64,000 bases of DNA from Heterodontus francisci (GCF_036365525.1 NC_090402.1:32605412-32669411); one strand, 5' to 3'. Numbered from the stretch's first letter, positions 25,216 to 37,530 are shown. A program made the numbers and translations. Notes: generated from the letters alone by a model not told the origin.

Positions 25216-27699
25216 GCTGTTCAGCCTGGCTTATTCACATGAAATGACCCTGGGAACTTTTAAGTGTCAGTACTTGTGAGGAGATCAGTGAAAATATTTG
25301 ATCAGAGGGAATTTTGATTAATAGGAATCTACATAAATTTCCTAAAGAAAAAGGAATTGAGGATCATGATTAGCCTTGCACTAGTTGGTTCTCGTGCTGG
25401 TATGAGGTACAATTCCAAGCAGTATTGCACTAATTAATTGTTTTATTCTCTACTTGCTAGCAAAATTGAATGAATATTCAATTAACTGCATTTCCTGGGG
25501 TTCTTCAGCACAGGCTTGCTGATCAACTGACATCACAACAGACCATTGCGAAACAAAAACTGTGCTGCAAGAACCTTTCCTGCTTCAGGACTATTTTTAA
25601 TTCTAATTCAAACTTCAGCCAGATGATTACAGTGAAGGTGAAGATTCTGTGCCGGGAGTCAGCAACCTGGAAGTTAAGAGTTTGTGGGACTGGGACTGGG
25701 ACCAAGGCCAATGATTGACTATAAAGATTGGTAGTGTTTTATTTTCAGCAATTCCTGCACCCTATAATTTACTCGACTTTCAGTACCACAAAAATGCTGT
25801 AAAACTGTCGATAGGTAGAAAATAAATCAACCCAAGGAAGATTTCCTCTGTTTTGCTATGTGATAATGATATTGTACATCTAAACTAAAAGGATGATTTC
25901 CAGTCTACAATATTTCTAGCAAGCACATAAGTCTGTCCTTTTAGAGGACTTCCATCCTTTTGTCAAAAATAATAAACACAATAAATTATTCCTGTATCAT
26001 TACAATGTCACTAACATATGAGAATCTTGCCCCAGTTTGCCTGCTTTTGTTTAGCAACAGTGTGATGGCAGTACAGTTGGCTCTCTTTCATTGGTCTTGC
26101 ACTGCTAAATGTGACATGCTCAATAGCTTTTGATTCATAATTTAGCGTATTCTCCTCTGGACATATTGGGCCCAATTTTTAACTCCATGTAAATGAATAG
26201 GTTTTGAGTGAATTAAAATCTGGCCCATTCATTTCAAAATTCGAATTAAGTAATTTGGAGCTATTTGGAAAAACCTCATGTGGCTATTTGTCACTCCTGC
26301 TCCTCTTGGCCCCACAAAGAAAAGTTTAAATAAAAGTTACCTTGAATGGCATTTTTTGCTTCTGCTTCTTTTTTGACTGGCCTTCACCTGGCGGCAAAGC
26401 TGCAGCAGTTTCCCAGCTCAGGCCAGAGTTAAAATTGCAGTCAGTGACCCAATGATGTCATTGGACCCCGATCCGCATATTTAAAGCAGCACCCTGCTGG
26501 CATTGAGCCGGCGCCTGTCCAGAAGTTCCAGTAAAAATTTGCAATAGTGAGACATCAGCAAGTAATTCACCTGGTGTATTTTAACTGATTACCCACCAGA
26601 TTTTTGTTGGGTGAGTAGAGTTACCATTCATCCCATGGTGTCAATTCTCAGTAGAGAGCCCCTCTGAAGCCAACATGCCAGCAGCCTCCTGAAAATGATA
26701 CTGTAGAAACGGGAAGTATAAAAATAGTAGAACAAGTTGGTTGGTTTAGCTTGTACAGACTGTGAACCCCACTCAAACCATAATATGGAAACAAATTTTA
26801 TTGATGAGACAGCAGGAGTAAACTTAAGCACACAAGTTGGATGGAAACCACTCAATGCAGATCTTTGCAACTGGGTTTCTGTTTTTGGATCCACTCTTAA
26901 GGCTGACCATAACTGAGTCATAATATTGCCACTCGTGTTACCTCACAGGCCGGCCACTTTAACACCTTTTTATATATAGGACCAACAGGCAACACCAGAG
27001 TGCATATCTAAGAGTAGCACTCGATTAGAGATTGTAAATGACTGCTAAGCCACAAAGACTCAAATCAAAAAAGGTATTTTGCTGATTTTTTAAAAAGTAT
27101 TTAGCCTAATTATTACTTGATGGTGATTTATATTCGGTGCTGAATATAGATACTTGCCGCGAAAGTGAACTACAAGGTGGAGTAAAAATGAAATGAAGAA
27201 CAGTTTATCACTCTACTCGTAAAATTATGTCTAGTATGACTGAGCTGTAAAGGGGAACTAGTACAGCGACAGATCTGAGTGGATTAATTATAGTTTCAAC
27301 AAAGGCAGAGCAAAAAACTGAGTCTGACATAGATTTAGTAAATTGAAACAAGTTGCTACTACAGAATAAAGCTATATTGAGATAAGCACTGCTATTTTAT
27401 AATGTATTTGTCCATGTGTGTAAAACCTTGTATAAAACAGATGTCTTGTAAGTCATTAACATACTTTCATATTCAGTATTCTTCAGGATCACTCAATGTT
27501 TTTCCTCTGGTTGTGTCAATTTGTGTAGAGTATTTTAAGTGTGTTAATGAAACATAATGATTGGTATAAGGGCTTTTACACTAACAGTAAGCAGAGGAAA
27601 TTCATTGTGTCTCATGGGAATAATAAATACATTTGAATTCTGTTGCAATGTGTGAAATAATGAATTTGATTAAAGGAGATGAAACCAATAATAGGAATT

Positions 27700-28985
27700 A
27701 AGATAGTTTTGTAGGAAGTGTGTCCTACAGGATTCTGTTCTGGGTCCACTTTTGTTCACTGTGTACATCAATGATTTGGATATGGATCTAGAATAAGTGT
27801 TGTCCAAATTTGCTGACTATACTAGGATAGGAGGCTTAGTAAATGATTGAGGACAAAAGGAAGCTGCAAGGGGATATTGATATTGATGGTGGGATGGGCA
27901 AACAAGGGGCAGATGGAATTTAGTGTCAGTAAACATGAGGTGGCACATTTTGGTTCAAAAAATAAAAGTAATTATACTTTGAATGCGGGAAGTTCTGATG
28001 ATGGTGAAGAGCAGAGGGATTTGTTTAGTTTAGAGATACAGCACTGAAACAGGCCCTTCGGCCCACCGAGTCTGTGCCGACCATCAACCACCCATTTATA
28101 CTAATCCTACACTAATCCTATATTCCTACCACATCCCCACCTGTCCCTATATTTCCCTACCACCTACCTATACTAGGGGCAATTTATAATGGCCAATTTA
28201 CCTACCAACCTGCAAGTCTTTTGGCTTGTGGGAGGAAACCGGAGCACCCAGAGGAAACCCACGCAGACACAGGGAGAACTTGCAAACTCCACACAGGCAG
28301 TACCCAGAATTGAACCCGGGTCGCTGGAGCTGTGAGGCTGCAGTGCTAACCACTGCGCCACTGTGCCGCCCTGGTCTGGTTCAAAAAACATTAAACGAGA
28401 GCTGGTGATCAAGACAACTTTTTACAAAAATCAACGTACTGTGTTTTATTGAAAGAGGTATAGAATATGAAAGTTGAGAAGTAGTAGCAAATCTAAAAAC
28501 AACCGGAGTAAGACCATGGGTGGAGTACTGTGTTCAGTTTTTAGGCTCTACACTATTGGAAAGACAATAACAAGGGTACAGCTCAGAATCATATGCCTAG
28601 CAACAGCAAATACAAGGACAAAATTGAAAAATTGGGGCTACTTTCATTATAACAGAAAGGATTACTGAGTGATTTGATAGAGGTGTTTAAATATTATGAA
28701 AGGATGGGACAGAATAGGTAGAAACAAACTCTTTCAGAAAGTGAGGGTCTAGAATGACGAGCTATAAATTAAAAAAAAGTAAGAGATTTAGAACAGCGAG
28801 CAGGGGAAGATTTTTTTATGCAGAGGATTGTGGGGTTGAAGCAGAGATCATGTCAACTTTCAATAATAGGTTAGATAGGTGGTTGAAGAAAAGGTGCATG
28901 GGACTAGCGCGGGCACATCGGATAAGGCTTACTGTTTGTGCTGAGGATAAACACCAACATGATGGGTTGAGCTGAATGACCTGGT
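27700..28985 (+). mobile_element. Old CR1 fragment (RT and 3' end), interrupted by a SINE
   Basis: gtgtcctacaggattctgttctgggtcc (GVPQGSVLG-like), KFAD-like, gatttgatagaggtgtttaaat. Confidence 0.75.
28023..28370 (-). mobile_element. HE1-type V-SINE, full length
   Basis: Minus strand: A box TGGCGCAGTGG, B box GGTTCAATTC, V-domain gtgtggagtttgcaagttctccctgtg..ggtttcctcccaca, CR1-like tail gggccgaagggcctgtttcagtgctgtatctct. Confidence 0.9.
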
Positions 28986-29854
28986 CTGTGTAGTAATTTA
29001 TATGTACTTGGATGAAAAGTATATTATTACAGGATGTGAAAAAGGGGAAACAAATAGAAACGGAATGTAGTTCTTAACTATTGAAAACTTTACCCTGGAT
29101 CACAGCCAATGGGTTACAGAAAATCTAAGTTGTGTTCTACCAGTTCTTCTAGATATGGACATTAAAGTAGGCACTCTGCCTGAAACACTTCAATCCTACT
29201 TACTGATAATAACTTCGGAAAGTACCTATTCATCAGTGACTTGTTCATGATCAGATTCTATGTGACTTTCTCCTATTAAAGCAAATCTTCTCACAAAATT
29301 GACTGTTTAAAAGCCGAGGGCAGTGGCATTTCAATTTTCTTCTGAAGCCTGTCATTTCGAAACCGTTGTCATCCTATACTAATATTATACTTCTTTGTTT
29401 TTTTTTCCTCTCATAAAACTGTCACAATCAAATGAATTCCAAATTGGGTGGCAACATTTTTAGTTTTTTGCGACCACAGTAACTTTGAAACTGTTCAGTC
29501 ATTTAGTTAATTCAAGTGTCTTTCTGCCATTGAGCTGTTTTTTAAAATCAAATTGGATATTGCTGAGTAAAATGCACTGAACATTGGATGTTCCCTTACC
29601 TGCACACAATACCAGTTAGTTGATCTAAAATTTTTGTACAATAGAGTTTCGCATTCTGTAGGGATGGTCATGGTTTAGTGTTCCTTAGAAAACAAACCAG
29701 TTCATTATAAATTTAGCAGCGGAAGTACTTTTGCAGTACAGTAATCATCATTAATAAAAGAAGTCAAATTGAATGCAGTAGGTCAATGTGTAATCGCTAA
29801 AACTTTCATTTCATTCTTATCCCAACAGATGAACAAATGCAACATAAATACATC

Positions 29855-30060
29855 TCTGCTGAGTTAGCTGATCTGAGCGAGGGTGACAGTGGATTCTACA
29901 ATTGGTTTCAGAGCCAGGCTAGGGGAATAAGTTAGGCAGGATCTTTCTCTTGATTTGTTTTCCATTGATCCCTTCTGGACAGTGGTTGTGATGAGCACCA
30001 AGGAGCAGATTGAACTCAGCTGTGATATCTAGGTTTATACACAGAGTGTGGCCACCATGG
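29855..30060 (+). mobile_element. LF-SINE-like relic
   Basis: ctgctgagttagctgatctgagc..ctacaattgg..ctagggg..gaactcagctgtgat matches LF-SINE body as recalled. Confidence 0.6.
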
Positions 30061-30185
30061 AACTTTACCACAGCACCTTTAGGAGAGGAAACGTAGAAAA
30101 GAAAATTGGAAATGGTTGGGGAAAGAGAGGGAGTCTTTCCTTTTAAGAATGGTCTAAATCTCTTTTGGCTTGGAGGCAAAATCCT

Positions 30186-30690
30186 TGGGAGTTAAATTGG
30201 CTAACCCACAAAAACTGGCATGGGAATCATGCTACCTAATTAACCCATGCCCATTAATTGTGCTGCAGGCAGCACGTTAACTTGGTGCTGCCTGGTGTTT
30301 TAAATGATTGCCATGTGCAGCCAGCACTATCCAAGCTGTTCAGTGGCTGCATGCATCAGCAGGGGCCCAATATCACAAGTGCCCAGCACTGCTTAAAGGC
30401 AGCCTGCACCTCTTAAAGGGGAGGTGCATTGTGGCTGCAAGAAATGGATGGAGTGTTTTAAAAAGTGAATCTAGGCACTGATAATTTGAGGAATGGCTGG
30501 ACCTGGAAGAGAACGAGAACCGAGGTTTTCTGACAATGCATTGGAGGTCTTGGTGCAAGACTTGAAGAGATGGAGAAAGAGACATCCTGTATCTATGAGG
30601 AGAAGGGGGCAGGGTAGGAGCCCCTTGCCCCCCCAATCCCGCAGACATATGCTCAGGAGGCAGTGGGAAGAAATAACCCTGAGGTTAGCT
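30186..30690 (+). mobile_element. PIF/Harbinger-like transposon 5' relic with Myb/SANT-like ORF fragment
   Basis: ORF 30493-30747 REPRFSDNALEVLVQDL...RRQWEEI resembles NAIF1/MSANTD-type Myb-like domain of Harbinger. Confidence 0.6.
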
Positions 30691-33600
30691 GATCTCAACC
30701 AGGCCAGTGTTCAGGTACAAGTGACTGTAACATCCCTGGGTGATTGAAGGGAAATTGTTCAGAATTCCCTCTTCTGATTCTATCCAGCAGTTCCTTCTGG
30801 AAATCTGGATAGAACTGGGCTTGGCTGAGATGTCCCTACAGTCAATTAGCCCATGGCACTCACTGACAAGGTTCATAGTCACTTTGATGAGGCATGACAG
30901 CGGGACGACTGCCATTGAACCATACACAAACAAGACAGTCAATGAGTCCAGAAGCAGGGAGGAGAAAGTTGAAGAGGAAAAGAGTATTTTTTTAAATTAA
31001 GCTCTATTAAAACTATTGAGATGTTTTAAATAACATAAATTACTGACCTTTCATTTAATCTACTTTGAGGAACACAAGAATTTATTTTTGCTATATTTGT
31101 GGTCTAAAATAACAAAAGTTATTAAAGATCTGTCATAGGTAAGAAAATGTTATCTAGTTTCTTAATAATTGATCTCAGCAGTCCAGAATAAACAAGACCC
31201 TGTACACCAATTATGCCAGCAGCCTCTTACCACTCTATTTGCATGTAAATTGATTGGGACTTTCCATTTCTGCTTTCGCTGGCCTGTGATTTTCTCCCCA
31301 GACTGAGGAGCAAAACGTGGAAATGAGCCAGTTAAAGATTTAATAACTTTAAGACTAAGGTGAAATAAAACATCTCAAACTGTGGTCTACTGTGCTAAAT
31401 GGTTGCATTGAATATTAAAAAAGGAACAGAGTGGAATTTCTGTTGCTCACATGTACCATCTATACACCCTTAATACTGAATGGTGTGGGCTAGATCAAAA
31501 TCTTTCTTAAATTGCAAATATAAGACTGATTGTATCATTCATGTTCTCTGTTTGAAAAGGAAGTGTGAAATCTTTGCAAAGTACAAAGAAAACATCAAGA
31601 CTTGCAGTGCAGCTCACTACAAATTACATGATTTAAACTGTTGTCAGGACATTGGGAAAGTATTGATCAAGCACAGCCTAGGAGCCCAGGGTGCCAAAAA
31701 CTTTTGAGAGCCTTTCAGCACTCCTAGCGCAATTCCCCGCCCCCTTCACCCTCAATCCAAACACAAATATGTAGGGAAATACACAATACAATACACCATG
31801 CTTCAATGAAGCTACTTAATTCTACAGGGTCTCTATTTTTGGCTTGACATGAGCCTTGTTGACCCTTGCATTAGTTTCTTTGTTGATGAAAAGTGGTCAC
31901 TTGGGAAAAGTACTAGAAAACTGTTGGTGCCCATGGAGAAAGGAGGAAAAATACAAGTAAATAAGTGAATAAACTAAAACCGATTGTACCCATATTCATT
32001 CTGCACAGTTAGGGAGCTTTGCACGTGTGTGCTGTTACAGTGCTAAACTTGGCATCGGGTTCTGTGGTCCATATTCCTCAATAAACTGTTGCCCACTACT
32101 CTACTTTGTTTCTGTGAACAATTTCTGTTAAAAGCACTGGAAGCTCGTTGCTGCTGCTGTACTAGACTGACAATAAATGGAATTAAGTCAGTGACACAGA
32201 TATTTTCTGTCTGCAGACCTTGCTGAATTAAGTAATTGAACTGCTCTACTTTTAAGTATTTTCCTAATGTATTTATAAGCACCTTTAATTAATTGTCCCT
32301 TTTTGGTTATTCACATTGCAGTATGTTTTTCTTTCTCTGCAGTAAAATTTACAATATTGCCTGTGGAACAGGCAATTTGCTTATGAGCCACTGAGGTAGA
32401 TCCTGACTTGATACAGGTAATAATGAGTCAACAGCCCATTTTCTCACTCTCTTGATTTTTATCTGCATTGAATTCAATGGAAATGAAACATTGAATTAAT
32501 CTGTTTGCCAACTCGCTGCCACTTGTTTTATGTAGTCGTGCAAAGCCAAGATCCAACCCACTGCCTCTGTCACTCAGTATCTAGCTGTTGAGTGATGCAC
32601 AGATGGCTCAGGCACTTTATTGAATTACTGGTCCAAGATTAGCAAAGTGGCATGTGGGGGAATCATAGCAAGAACTTCTATCTGACTATTCTCTGCTGCA
32701 CCAATCAATTGCCTTGCCATTTAATATTACCTAACTTCGGCTATGAAAATGCAAATAATAATTTTACAATTTTGTGAGGTAAAATAAGGTGCAAATATTT
32801 TTGGGTATATGAGGAACATACTCAAAGTAGGCAGTGTTGAAACTGCATTTTTGGCCTATCTATAGAAGGATCACTCAAAGACTTTTGCTTTAATCAAGCA
32901 TTGAGCAACACAAAATCAACATGTTCCTTACAACATTATGCCACCCATAGGCCTTGAAATTCAATCGCACTGCACCTGTTTTTCAGGCACAAAATGGGTG
33001 CCTAAGCATCCAATGTAGAGGGTGGAAAGTCTGTGCCCATTATGTGCTGTCAGTGCATCTCCCACCATACTGAGGAAGGCAAGAAAAGAGGCACCCAGGG
33101 CCCATGCATGAAACAAGTGTCAGGCACTATGCATACACAGATAGGGGGTATAAAGCCTGTTTGAGGCTCCCTTTATAAAAATGACCTGCCCTGAACTTAA
33201 CAAGCGCTGAGCCAGCTACATGCAGGAAAACATAGTCTGCATGCAGCCTAGCTAAAAATGCAAAAAATGCTTAACCTGAATGTGGAGCCAGATAGAATGG
33301 AAGTGCTCTTCCCCGCAGCACCGCAGTACCAAAGACTGCTGCTGACCACCACCCACCCCCCCCCCCACCCCCCCTTGGCTCTCTCCTGATTGCTGCCACC
33401 CTCCCCAGGTCCCTTGCAAACCCCCTGCCTCCCATCCCACCACCTTCTCCCAGAACATTCCTGAGGGGTACAATGAGGCTGTCCAAAATTCAAATCTTGT
33501 TGGCTAGTGAGCTGTTTGTGATGTCCAGCAGGCAACTTCATCTCGCCAGCCTGACATTATTGGGACCCGAGGTTCAACACTAAGTGGGCCTTGGACCTAC

Positions 33601-33874
33601 CCATTCAGATGTAGGGATCATCCCCTGTGCCCAGTTTGCACCAGCAGGTTAGCACAAAGCAATTTTGCAGATATAATAATCTTCCCCGGTATTGTCAAAA
33701 CAAGTCGAAATTGTAAACAGTCAGAATGGGTTTTAAACAACCTAATGAAATAATTTCCTTCACATGATTAATTTTTACCAGAATAATTTCAGCTACGATT
33801 TTTCAACATAAGTTCCCAGTGTGTCAGCATAATTAGCCTTGAATATCCGTTAAGAGGTTTTTGATCATTTGTTG

Positions 33875-34756
33875 AATTTATAAATCTTGTACTACAAAGC
33901 AGGGTCATGCGCAAGATTACAAAAAGGAATCTTATTGTTGTATTTGATTAATGAGCTATGCCTGTGAATGGTCCCATTTAGCGTACACTATGTGCACTGC
34001 TACTTTCCCCAGGCCTGCACCTTGTACTTGTCTGGAAGGTGGGTTTCATGGCGGGGGTGGGGGGGGGGGGGGGGGAGGTGGCGGGGCGGGGGGTGGTGGT
34101 GGTGGCTGAGAATCAGACCGAACCGCCCTCTACGGAACCCAACGCCAGGATTCCCAATCCCGATCTTCCCAGGGACAGGATAAGCCAACGACGACCTAAC
34201 TGCCCAGTGGTCTATTAACGGCCAATTAAGGACCTCTTCCTGACACCGCTGGGGGTGGGGGGGGAGGGGGCGGTCTCCGCTGTGCAGGGAGGATGCCTTG
34301 TAAAACAAGGTGCCCCTCCCTGCAGGCTTCGAGAGGGGTCCCTCCTTCGTGGGTAACTTGTGGCCCATGGAGGCCACCCCCCCCCTCCCCCCCCACAGGA
34401 ACAATTGTACTGTATCCCGGACCCTCCCTCTTCCTGGACCAAATGACCATCCACCTCACTCCCCACCCCCCCCCCCCCCCTCAGTGGGGCCTTCCAGATT
34501 GGCCCTGGCAACCCCACCTCACCTACCTGTGTTCCAGAGTTCCACGGCTGGGCCTGGGCCCGAGGCCTATGCAGTACCGGCAGTGGTCACCGCTCCAGGA
34601 TGAGCACAAGATCCGGCCCTGGGGAAACTAGCAGTACACATAGTGTATGCTAAATGGCCCATTCACAGGCATAGGGTCATTAATCAAATACAACAATAAG
34701 ATAACTTTTTGGAATCTTGTGCATGACGCTGCTTTGCAGTAAAAGATTTATAAATT
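33875..34756. repeat. Long inverted repeat (~140-bp arms) enclosing a GC-rich MITE-like element (34011-34619)
   Basis: 33875-34013 is the reverse complement of 34617-34756 with scattered mismatches. Confidence 0.9.
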
Positions 34757-35184
34757 TAATAAATGATCAAAATAGCTCTAAAGGTCTTTAAAGGGATGGG
34801 GATCCCACCTCCTGAAACTTTGACCCCAAAAGAGGAGAGGATCGCTCCAGGGGGCCAGAAAAACACACAGGCGGTGTTCCCTCTGCCTTTTCGGCCTGGT
34901 GCCAGGAGCCCCGCCTTCTGCACAAATCCAGCCCTGATAGTGAGTTTACACAGCACCAGATACATGTGAAATTGTTTCAAAAATTAGCTTTATGATAGAT
35001 CAAGACAAAATGTCAGTGTTCCGTATTAGCTTTCTAAGTTGCAACAATGGAAAGTTAGCCAATGCACTGATTTAATCAATAACATATAGTTTTGCTGTCT
35101 GACTCTGGGGGTTTCCAGATTTCAATAAATTAAGCATGCAAGACTGGGAAAAGTTACCAACCAATGTTACAGAGGTCTCAAGCG

Positions 35185-35512
35185 AATGTAGTTCTGCCAT
35201 TGTTTGGGTTAAACCAAGGTCCCGTCTGCCCTTTCAGGTAGACCAAAAAGATCCCATGGCACTATTTCAAAGAAAATCAGGGAAGTTCACCCCAGTGTCC
35301 TGGCTAAAATTTATCCGTCAACAAACATCACTAAAACAGATTATCTAGTCGTTATTACGATGCAGTTTGTGGGAGCTTGCTGTGTGCAAACTGGCTGCTT
35401 TTGTTCCTACTATATAACAGTGACTACACTTCAAAAGAACGTCATTAGCTGTAAAGCACTTTTGGGAAGTCCTAAGGCCATGAAAGGTGTTATCTAAATG
35501 CAAGACTTTTTT
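35185..35512 (+). mobile_element. Deu-domain SINE (SacSINE1/AmnSINE-like)
   Basis: aaaagatcccatggcactatttc..aaacagattatct..tttgtgggagcttgctgtg..gtgactacacttcaaaag; L2-type tail. Confidence 0.85.
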
Positions 35513-35965
35513 TTACCTCAAATGAAGATAGGTTCATCTCCAAGAGGCCTCAGATGCCCGGAGAGTAGAAACATCACTTTGTGGGGGTGGTTCTTAGAGA
35601 TTTGTATTTCTATGCAGACACATTAATGTTGAATTAGCCTAGCAATACTGCTACCACACAGGAAAACCAACAACCATCTCATCAGGAATACAGTTCAACT
35701 CTGATTCCCCAAATGGAAGGATAGCATTCAGCTGGAAGGTAATATGGAAACAGATTTTTGTTTTCATTTTACACTCAACAGTGTTGTTGAGCTAGTTTTA
35801 ATGTAAAGCTCCTCACACATGGCTTAGCCAACAAGCCAAAAGGAGTTTCCTTTGGCTCCATCTGAGGAGGTCTCCCAGGGCCGCAATTCTAATTTCATAT
35901 TTAACATGCATTTCTAAACTCTAAAATGATTACAATTTTGTCTTTAATTTGAATATGCATATTCA

Positions 35966-35978
35966 CTTATTTTCCTAG
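35966..35978 (+). promoter_or_regulatory. 3' splice acceptor preceding GPCR 2 coding exon
   Basis: cttattttcctag| at 35978, 69 nt before ATG 36048; in-frame TAA in between, so this stretch is 5' UTR. Confidence 0.6.
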
Positions 35979-36047
35979 GTTATTCAACTGGAGGGAGCTG
36001 ATTAATCTGACTGCTCTGCTGCCCTCGATGTAGGAACACCTCTTGCA

Positions 36048-37055
36048 ATGACCTTTCATACTTCGATCAGTAATACCACATGTAAACCTCAGAAACTGGT
36101 TATTTTCATCCCTGCTTTTCTAAGCGTTCTTTTTATAATTGGTTTTGTTTTGAGTGCCTTGAGCCTGCATACGTTTTGGTTTCGCTTCAAGACGTGGAAA
36201 ACCGGAATGATCATCCAGTTCAATCTAGCTTTATCAGACATCAGCATAGTTCCAGCAGCACCGCTTATGATCATCTATTTCTCAATGTCAAATCATTGGC
36301 CATTTGGACAGTTCCTGTGCCAGTTGAAAGTATTTGTATTATCCATACATATGTATGGCAGTATCTACTTTCTCACTTTGGTGAGTGTGCACAGATATAT
36401 CACAGTTGTACGCTTGACCAAAAGTAGTATTTTTAATAACAAAAGGTTTGTCAAGTCAATTTGCATGGCCATATGGATTTTCCTTTTTATTAATGCATTA
36501 CCATTCTTTTTTGTCCTCAAAACCTCTGAAATGTCTAACATTACCCAATGCTTAAGTGTGCATCAAAATGAAATGTCATCTGTATACTTTACATGGAGCA
36601 TGGTCATTTTATTCCCTGGGTTTGTCATTCCATTTGGAGTTTCAGCCATTTGTTATATTCTACTTGGATCTTATATAGTTAAAATGGACACCAGCCTTTC
36701 AAGCGGAAAAGCTATGAAAGTGAAATCAATGGGGATGATTGCAGTGTCTCTGGTCACATTCCTCGTTTGCTGTTTGCCAGTACAGGTGTCACGTTTAGCT
36801 GCTGTTACTGTGAAAGAGTTCTATCCTGAGAAGTGCGAGTTGCTGTACAGCATCGAAAATATTTATTATACATCTTTTGCACTGGCCAATGTGAACTGTT
36901 GCCTGGATCCTCTACTCTACTGGTTTTCCAGTGGAAAATTTCAAGCAGCTTTCAAAAGTACTCTAAGTTTATTCAGATGTCATTGCAAAAAGGAAAATCC
37001 AAGTTTCAATACAGATATTCAGTTACAGCAGCAAGACCCACAGATTAAACAATGA
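36048..37055 (+). CDS. Class A GPCR, P2Y purinoceptor-like, paralogue of 7001-7981, 335 aa
   Basis: Seven TMs; blocks shared with GPCR 1 (QFNLAL, HWPFGQFLCQLKVF, MYGSIYFLTL..HRY, PFFFVLKT, NCCLDPLLY); intact ORF. Confidence 0.93.
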   Translation: MTFHTSISNTTCKPQKLVIFIPAFLSVLFIIGFVLSALSLHTFWFRFKTWKTGMIIQFNLALSDISIVPAAPLMIIYFSMSNHWPFGQFLCQLKVFVLSIHMYGSIYFLTLVSVHRYITVVRLTKSSIFNNKRFVKSICMAIWIFLFINALPFFFVLKTSEMSNITQCLSVHQNEMSSVYFTWSMVILFPGFVIPFGVSAICYILLGSYIVKMDTSLSSGKAMKVKSMGMIAVSLVTFLVCCLPVQVSRLAAVTVKEFYPEKCELLYSIENIYYTSFALANVNCCLDPLLYWFSSGKFQAAFKSTLSLFRCHCKKENPSFNTDIQLQQQDPQIKQ

Positions 37056-37182
37056 AATGTTTTGGCTACAATTTTATTCATGGAAATAACTTTACTGCTT
37101 CTAATTACATCTAACTTGAAAACAATCATGTATCTTTTTTGTAAATATATCTATTATAACCAGAGAAATGCAATAGATCTAA

Positions 37183-37530
37183 TGGCACAGTGGCGCAGTG
37201 GTTAGCACCACAGCCTCACAGCTCCAGCGACCCAGGTTCAATTCTGGGTACTGCCTGTGTGGAGTTTGCAAGTTCTCCCTGTGTCTGCGTGGGTTTCCTC
37301 CGGGTGCTCTGGTTTCCTCCCACATGCCAAAGACTTGCAGGTTGATAGGTAAATTGGCTATTATAAATTGCCCCTAGTATAGGTAGGTGGTAGGGAAATA
37401 TAGGGATGGGTGGGGATGTGGTAGGAATATGGAATTAGTGTAGGATTAGTATAAATGGGTGGTTGATGGCCGGCACAGACTCAGTGGGCCGAAGGGCCTG
37501 TTTCAGTGCTGTATCTCTAAAACTAAAAAA
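37183..37530 (+). mobile_element. HE1-type V-SINE
   Basis: ggcacagtggcgcagtggttagcac..ggttcaattctggg..V-domain..gggcctgtttcagtgctgtatctct. Confidence 0.9.

Noticed and set aside
28290-28370. tRNA gene calls at SINE heads (also 37183, 38030, 40210, 48176)
   Set aside because: A/B boxes continue into SINE bodies; no complete cloverleaf
33248-34631. Many overlapping Gly/Pro-rich ORFs
   Set aside because: Artefacts of G/C homopolymer tracts; no recognisable domain
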